64,000 nt of DNA from Blastocystis sp. ATCC 50177/Nand II (Eukaryota). The notes under the pieces were generated by a model. It saw only the letters and a program-made list of their open reading frames with translations. It had not been told where the DNA came from and made no database searches. The stretch spans positions 434,001-498,000 of the forward strand of contig JBBPEE010000035.1 of assembly GCA_039096935.1 (NCBI GenBank), in the 5' to 3' direction. This document shows positions 12,869 through 25,616 of the stretch, piece by piece. The translations under genes were made by a program, and so were the position numbers. Within the stretch, counting starts at the first letter, position 1. Each line of letters begins with the position of its first letter.

Positions 12869-13586
12869 CACATCCCCAGACAAACTCGAAATACTAACGA
12901 TCAAGCACAGCACCACTCCACCACATAGACTCTTTACTGCCACCATCTTGGATATTTGCCATTGTGTTCATCCAGTTATGCAGTACAAGAGTAGGGGTAT
13001 CGCTTTCTCGGAATCGATGCGCAAGAACAGAATTGTCGCCCTTCTGTTTCAATACACCACTTTTCGGTACGATTTTTGTAGCATCGGTGCTTCATGGAGA
13101 AGCCTCTCTTTGGGCGGCAGATGGATTCCAATCCACCCCCTCATTCCATGGTCCTAATAGTAGTCAAGATTGAATGTGCAAGCGGGTGTTGTTTCGCCAT
13201 GATTGGTGCTTCTCTCTACCCTATTTTGTTGTCGTTGGCATCCCCTATTTGTTAGCAAGGAGTTTTTCTCCGTTTCAGAGGAATAGCCTCTTCATTATGA
13301 TGAACCCTTCCCTTTGATTTCCATAAGATTCCCGTCAACAGAAAGAAAAGGACACGCGTATTACATTGACACAGTCAGGATACGAAAGGAGTCACGACTC
13401 CAATTCAAATCCAGAACCCCAGTGTACTCTCCTCAACCAGTCCAACCCATCACAATTACACCCATCCCTTTGAAATGACAAAACGGCTTCCAGAACGCGG
13501 TCATTGCCACTCTAACCTATTCTTATCTCCGCTTCCATTGCCCTTTTGTTACGCTGCGTTAACAAATCAGTCTGCTTTATTGAGTC

Positions 13587-14368
13587 ATGGAACAGGGTCG
13601 TTGTTTCTGTTTTTCTCGCCTGATCGCTAGAAGAGCTTCCTTTAGAGGAATTGGCTTGCTGCGCGATTTGTAACGACGGAGAGTGGATAGAGGGAGTGAT
13701 CGCTGGACTTGGAGCGTAAACGCTAGGATCCCATCGTGTTCTGCGATGGCTGCAATATTGGAGTCCACGCCTCCTGTTACGGAAGCCCTCTATGTGCGTT
13801 GCTACGGAAAGGGATCATCGCTAGGCAGTGGCATCCCCGAGGGTGATTGGTTCTGTGAGCGGTGTAAGGAAGGACAACAGAATGCAGTATTACTCACTAT
13901 TCCTCCTTCATTGCGTAGAAGTGCATTCTCTGCGGGAAAACGGGCGGAGCGATGAAGCACACGACGGACTATCAGTGGGCGCACATCAACTGCGCCTTGT
14001 GGATTCCCGAGGGCGAGGGCGATGGAATGGCGTGACGAGTAGTCTTCTTCCACGATCCCGATAACCGCGACTTCATCGACTACTACCACATTCCGCAAGA
14101 GCGTTGGCACAAGAAATGCTGCTTCTGCGGCTCGGAAGAAGGGTGCTGCATGAGCTGCAGCGGCAACAAGTGTGAAAAGACGTTCCACGTGAGTTGCGGT
14201 ATTGAACACAATGTGATGAACGGTTGAAGAGGTGAACTGTAGATATTGCTGGAGTATCGCGTGTCGCAGTCGCCTGACCAGCCCGACCTGATTTGCGGGT
14301 ACTGCGACACCCATACCAAGCTCTTCAAAAAGAAAAGCAACTGGCGTGGTAGAATTGTTAAAAAGTGA
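13587..14368 (+). CDS. PHD-zinc knuckle-PHD (PZP; JADE/BRPF/AF10-like) protein
   Basis: [58 protein letters not shown] followed by TGTTTGTT. Confidence 0.85.
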
Positions 14369-14706
14369 GTAGTTGTTTGCCTTCTGTTTGTTTTAAGAAA
14401 GGAGCGCGGCTATGCTACAAGTTTCACAAGGACTCGTTCACGAAGATCCTTCGCGATGCCATCTCCTTCACATTCAAAACCTCGACGTTGTCTTCAATCG
14501 CCGTCCCCTTTCGCGAGCAATGGTTGGCGATCTGGGAGAGCAGCTCTCCAATGTACCCGTATCCCTTTTCTACGGCATCCGAGATGGAGATATACACCCA
14601 GAAGAAGAACCGGGACACACTATTCATTCTCTTTGAAATGGGTACTTGGTTAGGGCCCTTTTTGTCCCCAGCGACCCACTTCTGTTTTCCAACAAGAAGA
14701 GTAAGA

Positions 14707-17700
14707 CTACAGCCCAACACGCCTCGGCTTCTTTGACAGCGCGCCTCGCTGGATCATACCTCCCGGAGCGGAGAGAATCGAGTTCCGCTTTACGCTCATC
14801 GTCTTCTTCTTCTCCTCCTCCTGCTTACGCTGGTTCTCCTCCGCCATCTCCCGCTCCATCTCCTCCTTCTGCTTCTTCTCCAACTTCTTCGACTTCAATC
14901 GCGACTGGAAGTCCTCCTTCAGGCTGAAGAACATGGGCGCCAGCTCCGCCAGCCACTGCGCCTCCACGGCCGTGACGCACCGCATGTACTCCTTGGTGGT
15001 CATCACCAGCTCGTGGTAGACGATGTAGTCGGGTGTGTAGCCCAGGCCGTACAGCGCGCTGGTCGGGTGCAGCTGGCACGGCGTGCCCGTCAGCATGTTG
15101 GTGTACTTGCCGATGCCCTGGATGCGCGCCGCGTTGAAGAAGTACGCGGAGCAGACCACCTTTCGCACCACGTCCCAGTTGTTCCCGCAAGACACGTGCG
15201 GAATCTTCTGCGCCTTCATGATCTCCAGGATCTGGTTCCGCACGTTCCGCACGCGCGCGAGCGAGCGGGCGTGCAGGTAGTTGCGCTCGCACCAGCTCTT
15301 GCTGTACTTGGCGCGCTTCCACTGCAGGAAGATGTTCAGGTAGGTCAAGTGGTCGCTCTCCGGAACGCTGAAGTTCGAGTGCACGCTGTCCGCCTCCTCC
15401 TGTTTCTCGGGCGGCTTGTCGAAGATCTACGCCTCAGCCCGCCGCGCCGCGCCCACGTTCGGCACCGACAGCATCGCCACGATCACGGCGATCTCGGCGG
15501 TGCAGCCGTACTTCTCGCCCATCACCATCATCTTCTGTAAGTAGGGGTCCAGCGGGTAGTCCACCATGCGCTCGCCCAGCTCCGACAGCGCGCCCGTGTT
15601 GGTGAGTGCGCCCAGCACCCACAACTGGTACATGGAGTTGGCGATGATCTCCTGCGGCGGCGGGTCCATGAAGTCGAACTCGTACAGGTTCTCCACACCC
15701 AGCTTCTTCAGCAGCAGCACGATGTTGCTGATGTTGGTGCGCTGGATCTCCGGCACTTGGTTCTGCAGCGTCTCCGTCTCGTACATCTGCTCCGTGTACA
15801 TCCGGAAGCACATGCCCGGGCCCGTTCGGCCCGCGCGGCCCTTGCGCTGGTCGGCGTTGGCCTTCGACACGGGCGTGACCTGCAGCGCGTCCATGCCGAT
15901 CGACGGGTTGAACACCTTCAGCTTGCAGTACCCCGAGTCGATCACGTACCGAATGCCGTCCACCGTCAGCGACGTCTCCGCGATGTTGGTGCACACCACA
16001 CACTTCCGCATGCCCTCCGGCGTCTTCGCGAACACCAGGCTCTACGCCTCACGCGCCGCGCCCACGCCCACCTGCTTCGCGGCGGACTGAAGGGAGTACA
16101 TGGGCAGCACCAGTAGCGGGTCGCACTTCTTCTCCATGCGGTTGATCTTCTCGTTCACCATCTACGCCTCACGCACACGCCGCACGCACACCTCGCACAC
16201 GCACTCGATGTCGTTCTGACCCGTCATGAACACCAGAATGTCGCCCGGGTCATATGCCAGGTGGATTGTGATGATCTGATTCACCACCGCGTCCACGTAA
16301 TCGTCGCACGGGCTCTTCTGGTAGAAGGTCTGCACCGGAAAGGTCCGGCCGGGGATCGTAAAAATGGGGACCCCCCCGAAGAAGTCGCTGAAGCGCTCGC
16401 TGTTCATGGTGGCGGAGGTGACGATGAGTTTCAGGTCACTGCGTTCCTTCAGCACCTTCTTCATGATGCCGAACAGTACGTCGGTGTTCAGCGACCGCTC
16501 GTGCGCCTCGTCCATGATGATCACACTGTACTGTTGCAGGAGCGGGTCGCTCATCGTCTCGTGAAGCAGGATGCCGTCCGTCATGTACTTGATCTTCGTC
16601 GCCTCGCTCGTCACGTCCTCGAAGCGGATGGAGTACCCCACCAGCTCGCCCACCTTGCAGCCACGCTCGTCCGCCACGCGCTTCGCCACACTGGAGGCGG
16701 CCACGCGTCGCGGCTGCGTGCACCCGACGACGCCGTCCCGAGCATAGCCGTCCTCGAACAAGTACTGCGTGAGCTGCGTGGTTTTGCCGGAGCCCGTCTC
16801 GCCCACGATCACCACGATCTGGTTCTCGCGGATCACGTTCATCAACTCCTCGCGCACGCTGAAGATCGGCAGGTACTCGCGCTGTTCCTTGATCGTCTTC
16901 GTCTTCGAGAACTCGCTACTGCCCTCGCTGCTCATGTGCGCCGCGTAGCTGTTCTCCGCTCTGCGCCTCACGCCCCGTCCTCTCACTCACTTCACCTCCT
17001 CGTCCGTCTGGATGTCGTCCTTCGTCCCGCCGCTCTTCAGCTGTCGCAGCCCCATCAGCTTCCCCATCTTCGACCCCTGCAGTTCCCAGAACCGGTCCTT
17101 GTCGATCTGCTTCCGCTTGCTCTCCTATGCCTCATCTTCCCTGCCTGCCGCCACCTCCATCGTGAACGCCTTCAGCACCGCGCTCCCGCTGCGCGCCAGC
17201 TTCGCGAAGTCGGAAGTGGGGTCCTTCACCGTGCTCACCATCTCCGTCTGCCGCGTGAAGTGCACGTCGCCGTCCAGGAACGGCGGCTTCATGTTCCGCA
17301 CGATCAGCACGTCGCGCTGCTCCTCCATCTCCTCCATCTACGCCTCACGCCCCCACGCTCCCGCCACCTCGCCGCCACTGCTCACCAGCACGCCGCTCGC
17401 CTGCAGCCGGTCGTTCTCCCACTTCTCCTGGTCCAGTTGCAGCGCGCTTTGCCGCGCCGACAGCCGCGGAATCTTCTTGTCGCCCATCGCGCGCCGGTAG
17501 CTCGCCTCCTTCTTCTTCAGCAGCTCCTCGTCGCCGCGGAACTGCGAGTCCGGGTTCTCCGCCAGCTGGCCCTCGCCCTACGCATCAGCCATGCGCGATG
17601 AAGGGACTGTGGCGTAGAACTCCTCGTCGCTCGAGTCCAGAAGCAAGTTGTTCGTGTTCGTGTCGTCGTCGTCCACCAACGACACGCGGCTGTGCGAAGC

Positions 17701-18212
17701 GTATCGATTGGGAGTGGGCTGCACCAGATCTCTGCTCCCCTGATAGCCGTCGTTGTTTCTTCCCATTTCCTCTCCCGTGTGTTTGTTCCTATCATTTGTG
17801 CGCACATCTACGCGTCATTGCCACCCAGAATGCCAACGGATCGACTTCAGGGGTGTGGCCGCTTCCCACTCGTCGTCGCTGCCCCCGCCCTGGAGGAGTT
17901 CCTTCAGTTGCTGCTCTTCTCGCTTCTGCCGCTGTTCGTTCCTGCGCCGTAGTCTTAATTCTTCCTCCGATACCGTTTCTTCTTGTTTTGGTTCCAAAGG
18001 ACGAGGAGGAGGCGCCATTTCCCTACGGTTGAATTCTAGTGTTCCATTTGCTACCCCTTCTCTTTGGCATCGTCAGCTACAGCCGCAGGAGGAGGAACTT
18101 CCACCGGGACTTGTTTCTTCTCTTCCGCTGTTTCCACCTTTTCTGGACTGGGCGACCGGTCCTCCGTCCTTCTTCCGCGATAATGCCTGTGCTTGGAAGG
18201 AGCGTGGAACAT
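14707..18212 (-). CDS. DHX38: Pre-mRNA splicing DEAH helicase Prp16
   Basis: [34 protein letters not shown] and the Prp16-type VKDPTSD; many 30-nt introns. Confidence 0.95.
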
Positions 18213-18522
18213 GTTTGTATGAATGAGCACTACTTTTCAGAATGGTTTCAGCCTTTTCAAATAAACAGGAGGAATTGAGTGCAGAACTTGTGACTTGAAA
18301 TGGACATCCATCATTTGATCATCCTAAGATGCTGCAAAATGCATAGCCATCATGTAGTAATGCGATGGGTGAAATTCTACCCTCAACGAAGAGAGTTGAA
18401 TCAACCATCACAACACTTCGCGATACAAGCACCTGCAATCAAACACTTCTCAACCATGCATTTCTAGCATAAAAGCAGGACAATCCCACCATGGCATGAT
18501 TTGCGTGAGAAGAAGCGAATTT

Positions 18523-20397
18523 ATGATCCTATCCCTGCTGTCGTTGTTCCTGGCGCAGTTGTGCACTGCAAGCACCATGGTCAAAGAGTAGGAGAGTGTT
18601 TAAGCGATGAAGCGTAGGGGCGTCAACTTCCTAACAAAGGAGAACTTGGACTATGCACTGACGAACAACTATACCGTTTTGGCCATGTGGAATGGCAACA
18701 CCTGCAAGATGTGTTTGGACGAGTTCTGGACGATCCAGGGACTGTTCTACTCGTTCCAGAGAGAGTCTTCCGTTTGTTTTGCCAACGTTCATAACCGTCT
18801 AGTTCCTCGTTATGGCTAATACGATGGGCGTGGACGAGGAGCTTGACAAACTGTATCATATTAACATCCAGTCCGAGTACCCGGAATACCGGCTATTCTT
18901 GAGGGGATCTTCAGAGCCGGCGGTGTATGAGCAGGATGGGTTCGATCTCGAGTCCTGGATCTCTCTGAAAGCCGGGTTTGAGCCCATGCCCAACTACGTC
19001 TACCACCTTTCGGACGCGTCCTACACGCCGTTCTTGAAGATGACGAAGCGCGCGAATGCCTTCACCATGCTGTACATCCCGCAGAACCAGAAGTGCCAGG
19101 AGCTGCGAAAGGACTTCTTGCGCCTGGCCGACGCCTTCCACGTTCCATCGCCCATTCCGCGTAATGCGTAGTACGAGAAGAAGATCGTGTTCGCCGAGGT
19201 GAACTGCTTCGAGACGCCCAACCTGTGCGCCTTCTTCCAAGCGCCCAACGTGCCGGCGTTCCGCTACTCGCCCTTCAACGCGACGGCCTTCGACAAACGC
19301 CAGCTGCGTCTGGACGAGGGCGAGGACTTCACTGACTACCTCAACCACGAGCTGCGTACGCCTCGTCCACCGCCTCCACCGTAGACACCTTCGTGCACCC
19401 CGACGGCGGGCTGAACACGCTGTACGGCCGCGAGCCGGAGCTGGACGCGTTGGCGCGCGAGTTCATGGCGGCAGTGGGCGCGGCGCGCGCGGGTGAGGCA
19501 TAGACGGACCGCGGCGCGAAGCTGGCGGTGATGAAGAAGGTGGTGAAGCTGAAGAACCGCTACCAGGCCGCCTACCGCTACTACAAGGCGATGAAGATCC
19601 TGGTGCGGCAGGGCGCGGAGGCGCTGCAGGCAGAGCTGACGGCGGTGCAGGAGCGGCGCGAGGCAGCGGAGCTGTTCTCGAAGGAGTACAAGAAGGAGGT
19701 GGGCATGGAGAACGTGATCCGTCAGTTCGAGGCGATTTCGCTGGAGCGCGCGGTGGTGGAGCTGACGCCGTACAACTTCGACTTCGTGGTGAACGGCGAG
19801 CGCGACGTGCTGGTGTACTTCGCTGTGGAGGGCTGCAAGCCGTGTGCGGAATTCGCCCCGATTTTCGTCAGGGTGGTTGGAGGGAGTGACGGGTAGCAGG
19901 CGGTGGCGGAGGCGAACGAGAGCGGGGTGGTGTTGGCGCGCATGGACCTGTCGCTGTACAAGAGCTACGCGGTGGGAGCGAGGCGGTGGTGTGAGGGGTA
20001 GAGACGGTATCATATCGAGGCGTACCCCGTGATGAAGTGGTTTGCCAAGGGCGAGAGCAGTCAGGTGGGGAATGAGATGTGGAGTGATGGGTAGTTCCCT
20101 TACGCTGTGGAGGTGGCGCGCACGAAGGAGGCGATCGAGTCCTTCATTCAGGAGCAGCTCCATCCCGAGGAGACGGAGCAATCCAATCCTGAAGAGAAGG
20201 AGACGGAGCAGGTCAACTCTGAAGTGAAGGAGATGGAGCAGGTCAACTCTGATGGGAAGGAGACAGAGCAGTCCAATCCTGAAGTGAAGGAGACAGAACA
20301 GGTCAACTCTGATGGGAAGGAGACAGAGCAGTCCAATCCTGAAGTGAAGGAGACAGAACAGGTCAACTCTGATGGGAAGGAGGAAGCAGAGCTTTAG
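18523..20397 (+). CDS. PDI-family protein (thioredoxin folds plus ERp29-C-like helical domain) with C-terminal repeats
   Basis: Signal peptide; CKMC and GCKPCAEFAP motifs; VELTPYNFDFVV; C-terminal EAEL. Confidence 0.75.
20168..20382 (+). repeat. Coding tandem repeat of 30-nt units (KETEQSNPEV / KETEQVNSDG), about 7 units
   Basis: aaggagacagagcagtccaatcctgaagtg and aaggagacagaacaggtcaactctgatggg alternate. Confidence 0.9.
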
Positions 20398-20422
20398 CCG
20401 TGTTTGATGTAACAAATGACCG

Positions 20423-21022
20423 CTACAACATACCGAATTCCACGAGATGGGGAATCTCCACGGCGAGCCAGGGTGCGAGCTATGCTTGAACGGGAAGAAT
20501 AAACACTACACCCAAAGCCATGGCATGGGCGATTCCAAACGATGGGACGCGCTTTAACCACAGAGGGTTGAAATGGATGTCACAGCAAATCTTGCCTCCG
20601 CGGTACATCTTCGGGGTTTTGCCGTCCAGCTCGGGAAGACGAATCTCGGGAGGTGTATTCGGATACGTCGCCGGTAACTAGTCCGTCACCCCATCCAATT
20701 ATGAGTACTTCAAACTCCACTTTGAACTCGTATTTCACACAATTATAGTACATCCAGCACGTTCCGCTCCATCTACTGCATGATGAAATCTACGAAGAGA
20801 ATACTTGATTCCGCTTTTATCGCAGGACAGCTTAAACCAGTCATTATCCGTTTGTTTGTTCAGCTTCACATACTAACCATGAGTATATCCACCGTTGCGT
20901 ACAGCAATCAACGCGCGCAGCTCCTCCTTCAGCCGTTCCCGAAATGCGTCCCCATCGCACGGAGTCGCTGTTGACGTGAGGAGAGGGATCTTCGCAACAA
21001 CGTCGGTCAAGTCGTCGCTCAT
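20423..21022 (-). CDS. UFC1: Ufm1-conjugating enzyme
   Basis: [32 protein letters not shown] and [10 protein letters not shown]. Confidence 0.93.
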
Positions 21023-21104
21023 ACGACCCGGGAGAATAGAGAGTAGTATTCAACTGTGCAAACGCTTCTTTTGGTAGAAGCGCTTCTCCTTCTCTGCTGT
21101 AAGC

Positions 21105-22198
21105 ATGGACAATGACTCGAACTCTGGAGTGCTCTCCGCAGAGCTGGGGAGTCTCACCATCAATGAAATCATGTCCTCTGCTCTTCCACAACAAGACAGT
21201 AATGGTAGAAGTGTGCGTTTCTCCCGTTATGTGCCTAGACTCAAAATCGCTACAGCCCGTCACAAACTCCTATTCACGTTAATCCATATGTTCCCTGTCA
21301 TAGGTAGGATTGCTCTTACCCTACGAGCGCCACACTTCAAATCCGCCGGCGAAAAAGCTGAGGAAGCAGCGGAACACGCCTGCGACATACCGAAAATTGT
21401 CCGCAGAAGCGAAGCGACTCATTGCATTCGGGAAATCAGTGATGGAGTCTCTCTCCTCACTCGATCATCGGCAAGAACTGGCAGATATGTCTCTTTTCGT
21501 TTCTATAATCACCCATAGTGAAGAAGACGCGTTCCAAGAAGTGAGCGGGGCTGACATGGAGAAGGAGCTCCTCCAGGAGGGTTTCATCGTATTCGTCCGT
21601 ATTAATTTGAACCGTAGCAAGCCTACATGAGCACGCACCCGCCAGCCGTGGTGGAGGAGGAGAATCACGAGAACATGGTGAATGTCGACCACGACACGTG
21701 GAGCATTCCCGAAGACTCCCTCTTCCCCATTCTGGCGGGGGAGCAGCCGGTGCCGGTGCCGCGCAACAACTACTGGGCCTTCCGCTCGGTGCAGCAGCAG
21801 TTGGACGAGTACATCGTGAAGACGCTGCCCAAGGAGTTCTGGGGCTCCGAGTTCTATCTCGCCTCCAACAAGCACCTGGAGCGGGACGAGCCGCTGCCTG
21901 TGCGGAGCGAGATGGGGCTAGAGACGGACGTGGAGGTGGCGGACGTGTTGTGCGAGAAGGCGAACGCGATGGAGGTGGACATGCTGAAGTTCTTCCGCAA
22001 GCGCGTCAGCAAGAAGCGGGCGATGAAGGCGATCGTGGCGTGCGGGGAGGAGCTGAAGGACATTGTGGGAGATGAGTGAGCGTGGTGCGGGGGTCTAATG
22101 GGTAGTGCCGTGGAGAGAGCCAAGAAGCGAATGGAGATCATTCTGGAGGACATATCGAAGAAGAAGCCCTACCGCTGTCGCTCCGCTATAAAGCGCTA
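21105..22198 (+). CDS. Hypothetical protein; stop probably created by polyadenylation
   Basis: Spliced ORF ends ...RSAIKR followed by TA at 22197-22198, CTGC, then TGTTTGTT (22203-22210). Confidence 0.65.
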
Positions 22199-22256
22199 CT
22201 GCTGTTTGTTTTCCATTAAGCGTTGCGACTGCGGTAAACACACAATCCCATTACTC

Positions 22257-22950
22257 ATGCTCCCTTGGGTGCTCCTTCTCCTCCTGGTTGTTTGCCATTC
22301 CAGGGACTTGGTCGTGGGAGATCCAATCCATGTGTCCATCCAGTATCAACATGCGGGGGTAGAAATCGCCATTGCTTCTCATCTTCTAGCTTAAGACCCA
22401 TTGGCTGTCCATTCCATCAAATCAACTTCCCTTGTTCCAGACATCCTCCATGTCGGTGATTCCCTACTCCCTCTCCGATATGAAATTCAACGTCGTGAAG
22501 CCAATTAAAATGTATCCGTATGGAATATCCGTTGATCTCGCAGAGCGCTGCTGTTTACGGAAATCAATCGGCAAACGGCGTGGATAACGGTGTGCAACGG
22601 CCAGGGCCTATACGCGAAGAACATCAACCTGCACATTCGGATGAAGGAGAGCAACATTCTCTGGCTGGATGTGGATGTGGAGTGTATGTTTCCGCTTTGA
22701 GTTGAACGCATAGACTACGACGGAGTCTTCCATTCCGGAGAGAAAACGCCCGACTCATTCACAATCACCTATGTTTGGCACAAGGACAGTTCATTTGACG
22801 CTCTCTTTGGTTACCGGTGTATGATGTGGTTCGCTATGGCATCTGCCGTCGTCCTTGTGGTGGGCATCGTCGTCGTATCCAGAAAGCAAATAGAGGACGT
22901 GATTCGAAACCAGCAGTTCAAGCAGCCTGCAAAGTCGCAGAAGACAGATT
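22257..22950 (+). CDS. Type I membrane protein (signal peptide plus C-terminal TM); stop probably created by polyadenylation
   Basis: MLPWVLLLLLVVCHS; TM FAMASAVVLVVGIVVV; ends KSQKTD followed by T(22950), TGCA, TGTTTGTT. Confidence 0.7.
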
Positions 22951-23160
22951 TGCATGTTTGTTGTCAAACGAGAATATGGGAGGATCCACCTTTCGATCCT
23001 CTCTTCTCCACTTTTCGCGTTGCAGGAGGGAAGATTCACTCCACTCCATCTCTGTTTCCCGTTGACAAAGACCGGTGCGAAGACCGGTGCGAATAAAAGA
23101 TAACCGCGGTTGTTATCCCTTTGGCAATGACCCTGCAAAAGCCAGAATAATTCTCATAAA

Positions 23161-24163
23161 ATGTCTGTGGATCCGAAGACGTTCAACAGTAGGATGTGAA
23201 GAGTGGGTGGAGTGACGATTGTAGAGCGCCAGAAGACCTTGAGAGCCATTCAGCCCTTCCTTCTCGGCGGTATCTCCGCTTGTACGGCATCTGCATGTGT
23301 AGTTCTCTCGTATGCGACATGACAATCAGGTCCAGCCGATCGATTTGATCAAGACCCGTATCCAGGTGGTCGGCAAGGCGCAGAACATTGGCGCGATCAC
23401 CATCATGAAGAATCTGGTGAAGCAGGAGGGTGTGGCGAAGCTGTATGCGGGTCTGTCCGCGTCTCTGATGAGACAGGCGATTTACGGAACAGCCCGTCTG
23501 GGTCTCCACCGCGTGTTCACTCAGCAGTTCCAGAAGCGGAACAATGGCCACATCACCTTCCTCGCATCCACTGTTTCTTCCCTCACATCGGGTGCGCTGG
23601 CCGGTATGATCGGAAATCCCTTCGATATTTCGATGGTGCGCATGCAGGCCGATGGTCTTCGCCCCGTCGCCGAGAGAAGAGGCTACCGAAACTGCTTCCA
23701 CGCTGTCTACCGCATCGCAAAGGATGAGGGCATCATGACGCTGTGGAGAGGCTGTCTGCCCATGATCTTCCGCGCTATGGCTATGAACTTCGGCATGCTC
23801 GTGTCCTACGATCAGGCGCAGCAGTTCTTTAACGAAAAGCTCGGAAAGGGTCTGAAGTCCAACCTGCTGTCTTCTGCTGTCTCTGGTTTCTGCTGCGCTT
23901 TTACTTCTCTGCCTTTCGACTTCATGAAGACCCGTCTGATGAACATGAGCCCCGACCCCGTGACCAAGCAGATGCCCTACAAGAATCTGTTCGACTGCTG
24001 TGTGAAGATCTTCAAGAACGAGGGTCTCTTTGCGTTCTGGAAGGGATTCTGGACCTACTATCTCCGTTGCGCTCCTCATGCTATGATTATTCTTCTGGTC
24101 AACGAAGCCATTATTCCCGCGTACGAAAAGGCGTGCTTCGGCGGAAGAGTTGCCAAAAAGTAA
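23161..24163 (+). CDS. SLC25A11: Mitochondrial 2-oxoglutarate/malate carrier
   Basis: Three carrier signatures (PIDLIKTRIQ, PFDISMVRMQAD, PFDFMKTRLM); GLSASLMRQAIYGTARLG. Confidence 0.9.
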
Positions 24164-24264
24164 ATCATGGGTTGCTCTGTTTGTTCAACAATCAGGGCAG
24201 CGAACAAAACGAGACACTACTGATACACCGAGGGAAAGCAGCTTCTTCACACTCATGATCATAA

Positions 24265-24973
24265 CTACCATTCAGCCATCCACGCGTGCCTACGGGAAGT
24301 GATCCGAGATCCGGCTGGGAACGATTCCAGCACGAACACGGCGAGCATCCCCACCTGCAAAAGGGAAGAGGCCACCGTTCCCACGTAGCTCTTCCACACC
24401 ACTGCGCAGAGCACCGAAAGCACTACGTGTGACGATTCGCACGGAAGAGGACATAGAGAAACAATATAGAGCACCGTCTTCGGGAGACGCTCAGGCTGGA
24501 AAATGGAGCTGAAGAAGCGGTTCGTCCCCTGGAACCGAGCAAGCGCACCCAGAACCATGAAGCTGCCCATGGTGAAGCTTATCGCGAACTTTGCGGGACG
24601 AAGGATGAGCTACCCATGATCCCTGCCCACTGCCCAGACCGTTGGCAACCCGATGAAGTAGGCTATGGCGAAGAAAACGAGAGCCAGCGCGAGCAGTCCG
24701 AGGACTTCTTTCATTCGGTCGCCGCTACGGGTAACCACCCAGGATAGCCGATCACGCGTCCGTAATATACGTCCCCACGCTCTGAACGCCGGAAAGGAGC
24801 CCGACTGATTCCACATCCCCCGAAGGCGTCTGGTTTCTCTGGAAGATGGACGGGATCCATGAGGTATACCCCGACGACGAGGGCTGTTCCGACTAGTCGT
24901 GACCATCCTCGGCAGACGCGACCTGGTCTTTCTTCTGCTCCTCGTACCACTCTCCAAAGCTGCTAGATCCCAT
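24265..24973 (-). CDS. SFT2: Got1/Sft2-family vesicle transport protein
   Basis: LILRPAKFAISFTMGS; multiple TM segments; FPAG near the C-terminus. Confidence 0.8.
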
Positions 24974-25286
24974 TCAGCAGAAAATGGAACTCAAGAAGCC
25001 AATGGAGTAGAATTGAATGAGTGAAGCCCCGATCCAGGGCTGTTTGAGAGTGCGTTGCGCTGTGAAAGAGCCTGTGGTCAAAGGAGTGGACATGGGTTGG
25101 ATGAAGGCGTTCGAGTGATGTGAAGAGATCTCTCCAGCACCCGTACAAAGTGCAAGTGAGCGATTTGGTTCTGGGAGAATGAATGGATATAGCGTTTTCC
25201 CCGTTTCGTGAACGAATTTTTGGTGCACCAATGGAATGCGTCCTAAACCGATGGTGTTAGAGGCTCAAAATTCTAAAGGTTTAACA

Positions 25287-25547
25287 ATGGGTAAGGTTCA
25301 CGGTTCTCTGACGCGTGCTGGTAAGGTGAAAAACCAGACTCCCAAGGTGGAGAAGCAGGAGAAGGGCAAGTCCCACGTTGGTCGTGCTAAGGTCTGAGCC
25401 ATCCCCTGGAGTGACTTGTAGAAGCGAGAGATCTACAACAGAAGATACGTGAACGTGGTTCTCGCTCCCGGTGCCAAGAAGCAGTCTCCCAACAGCTTCG
25501 CTATGCGCCAGGCTCGTGCTGAGGCTGCTGCTGCTAAGAAGGAGTAG
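25287..25547 (+). CDS. RPS30: 40S ribosomal protein S30 (eS30), no ubiquitin-like fusion
   Basis: [21 protein letters not shown]; one 30-nt intron. Confidence 0.96.
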
Positions 25548-25616
25548 ACGGAGCGGAATGCATTTACGTAGTGGGGATTCTTACTCATGTTGGCATGTTT
25601 GTTACTAATTGCTTCC

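Noticed and set aside
12900..13560. Possible small spliced gene on the + strand
   Set aside because: Intron-like segments are present, but I could not build a consistent reading frame
14424..14640. Short minus-strand ORF MNSVSRFFFW...
   Set aside because: No motif or intron support; may be spurious
20168..20382. Regular repeats here and at 58565-58680 considered as CRISPR-like arrays
   Set aside because: In-frame coding tandem repeats without unique spacers, in a eukaryotic context with no cas genes
20850..20860. TGTTTGTT on the + strand
   Set aside because: Complement of NKQ codons inside UFC1; no + strand gene ends here
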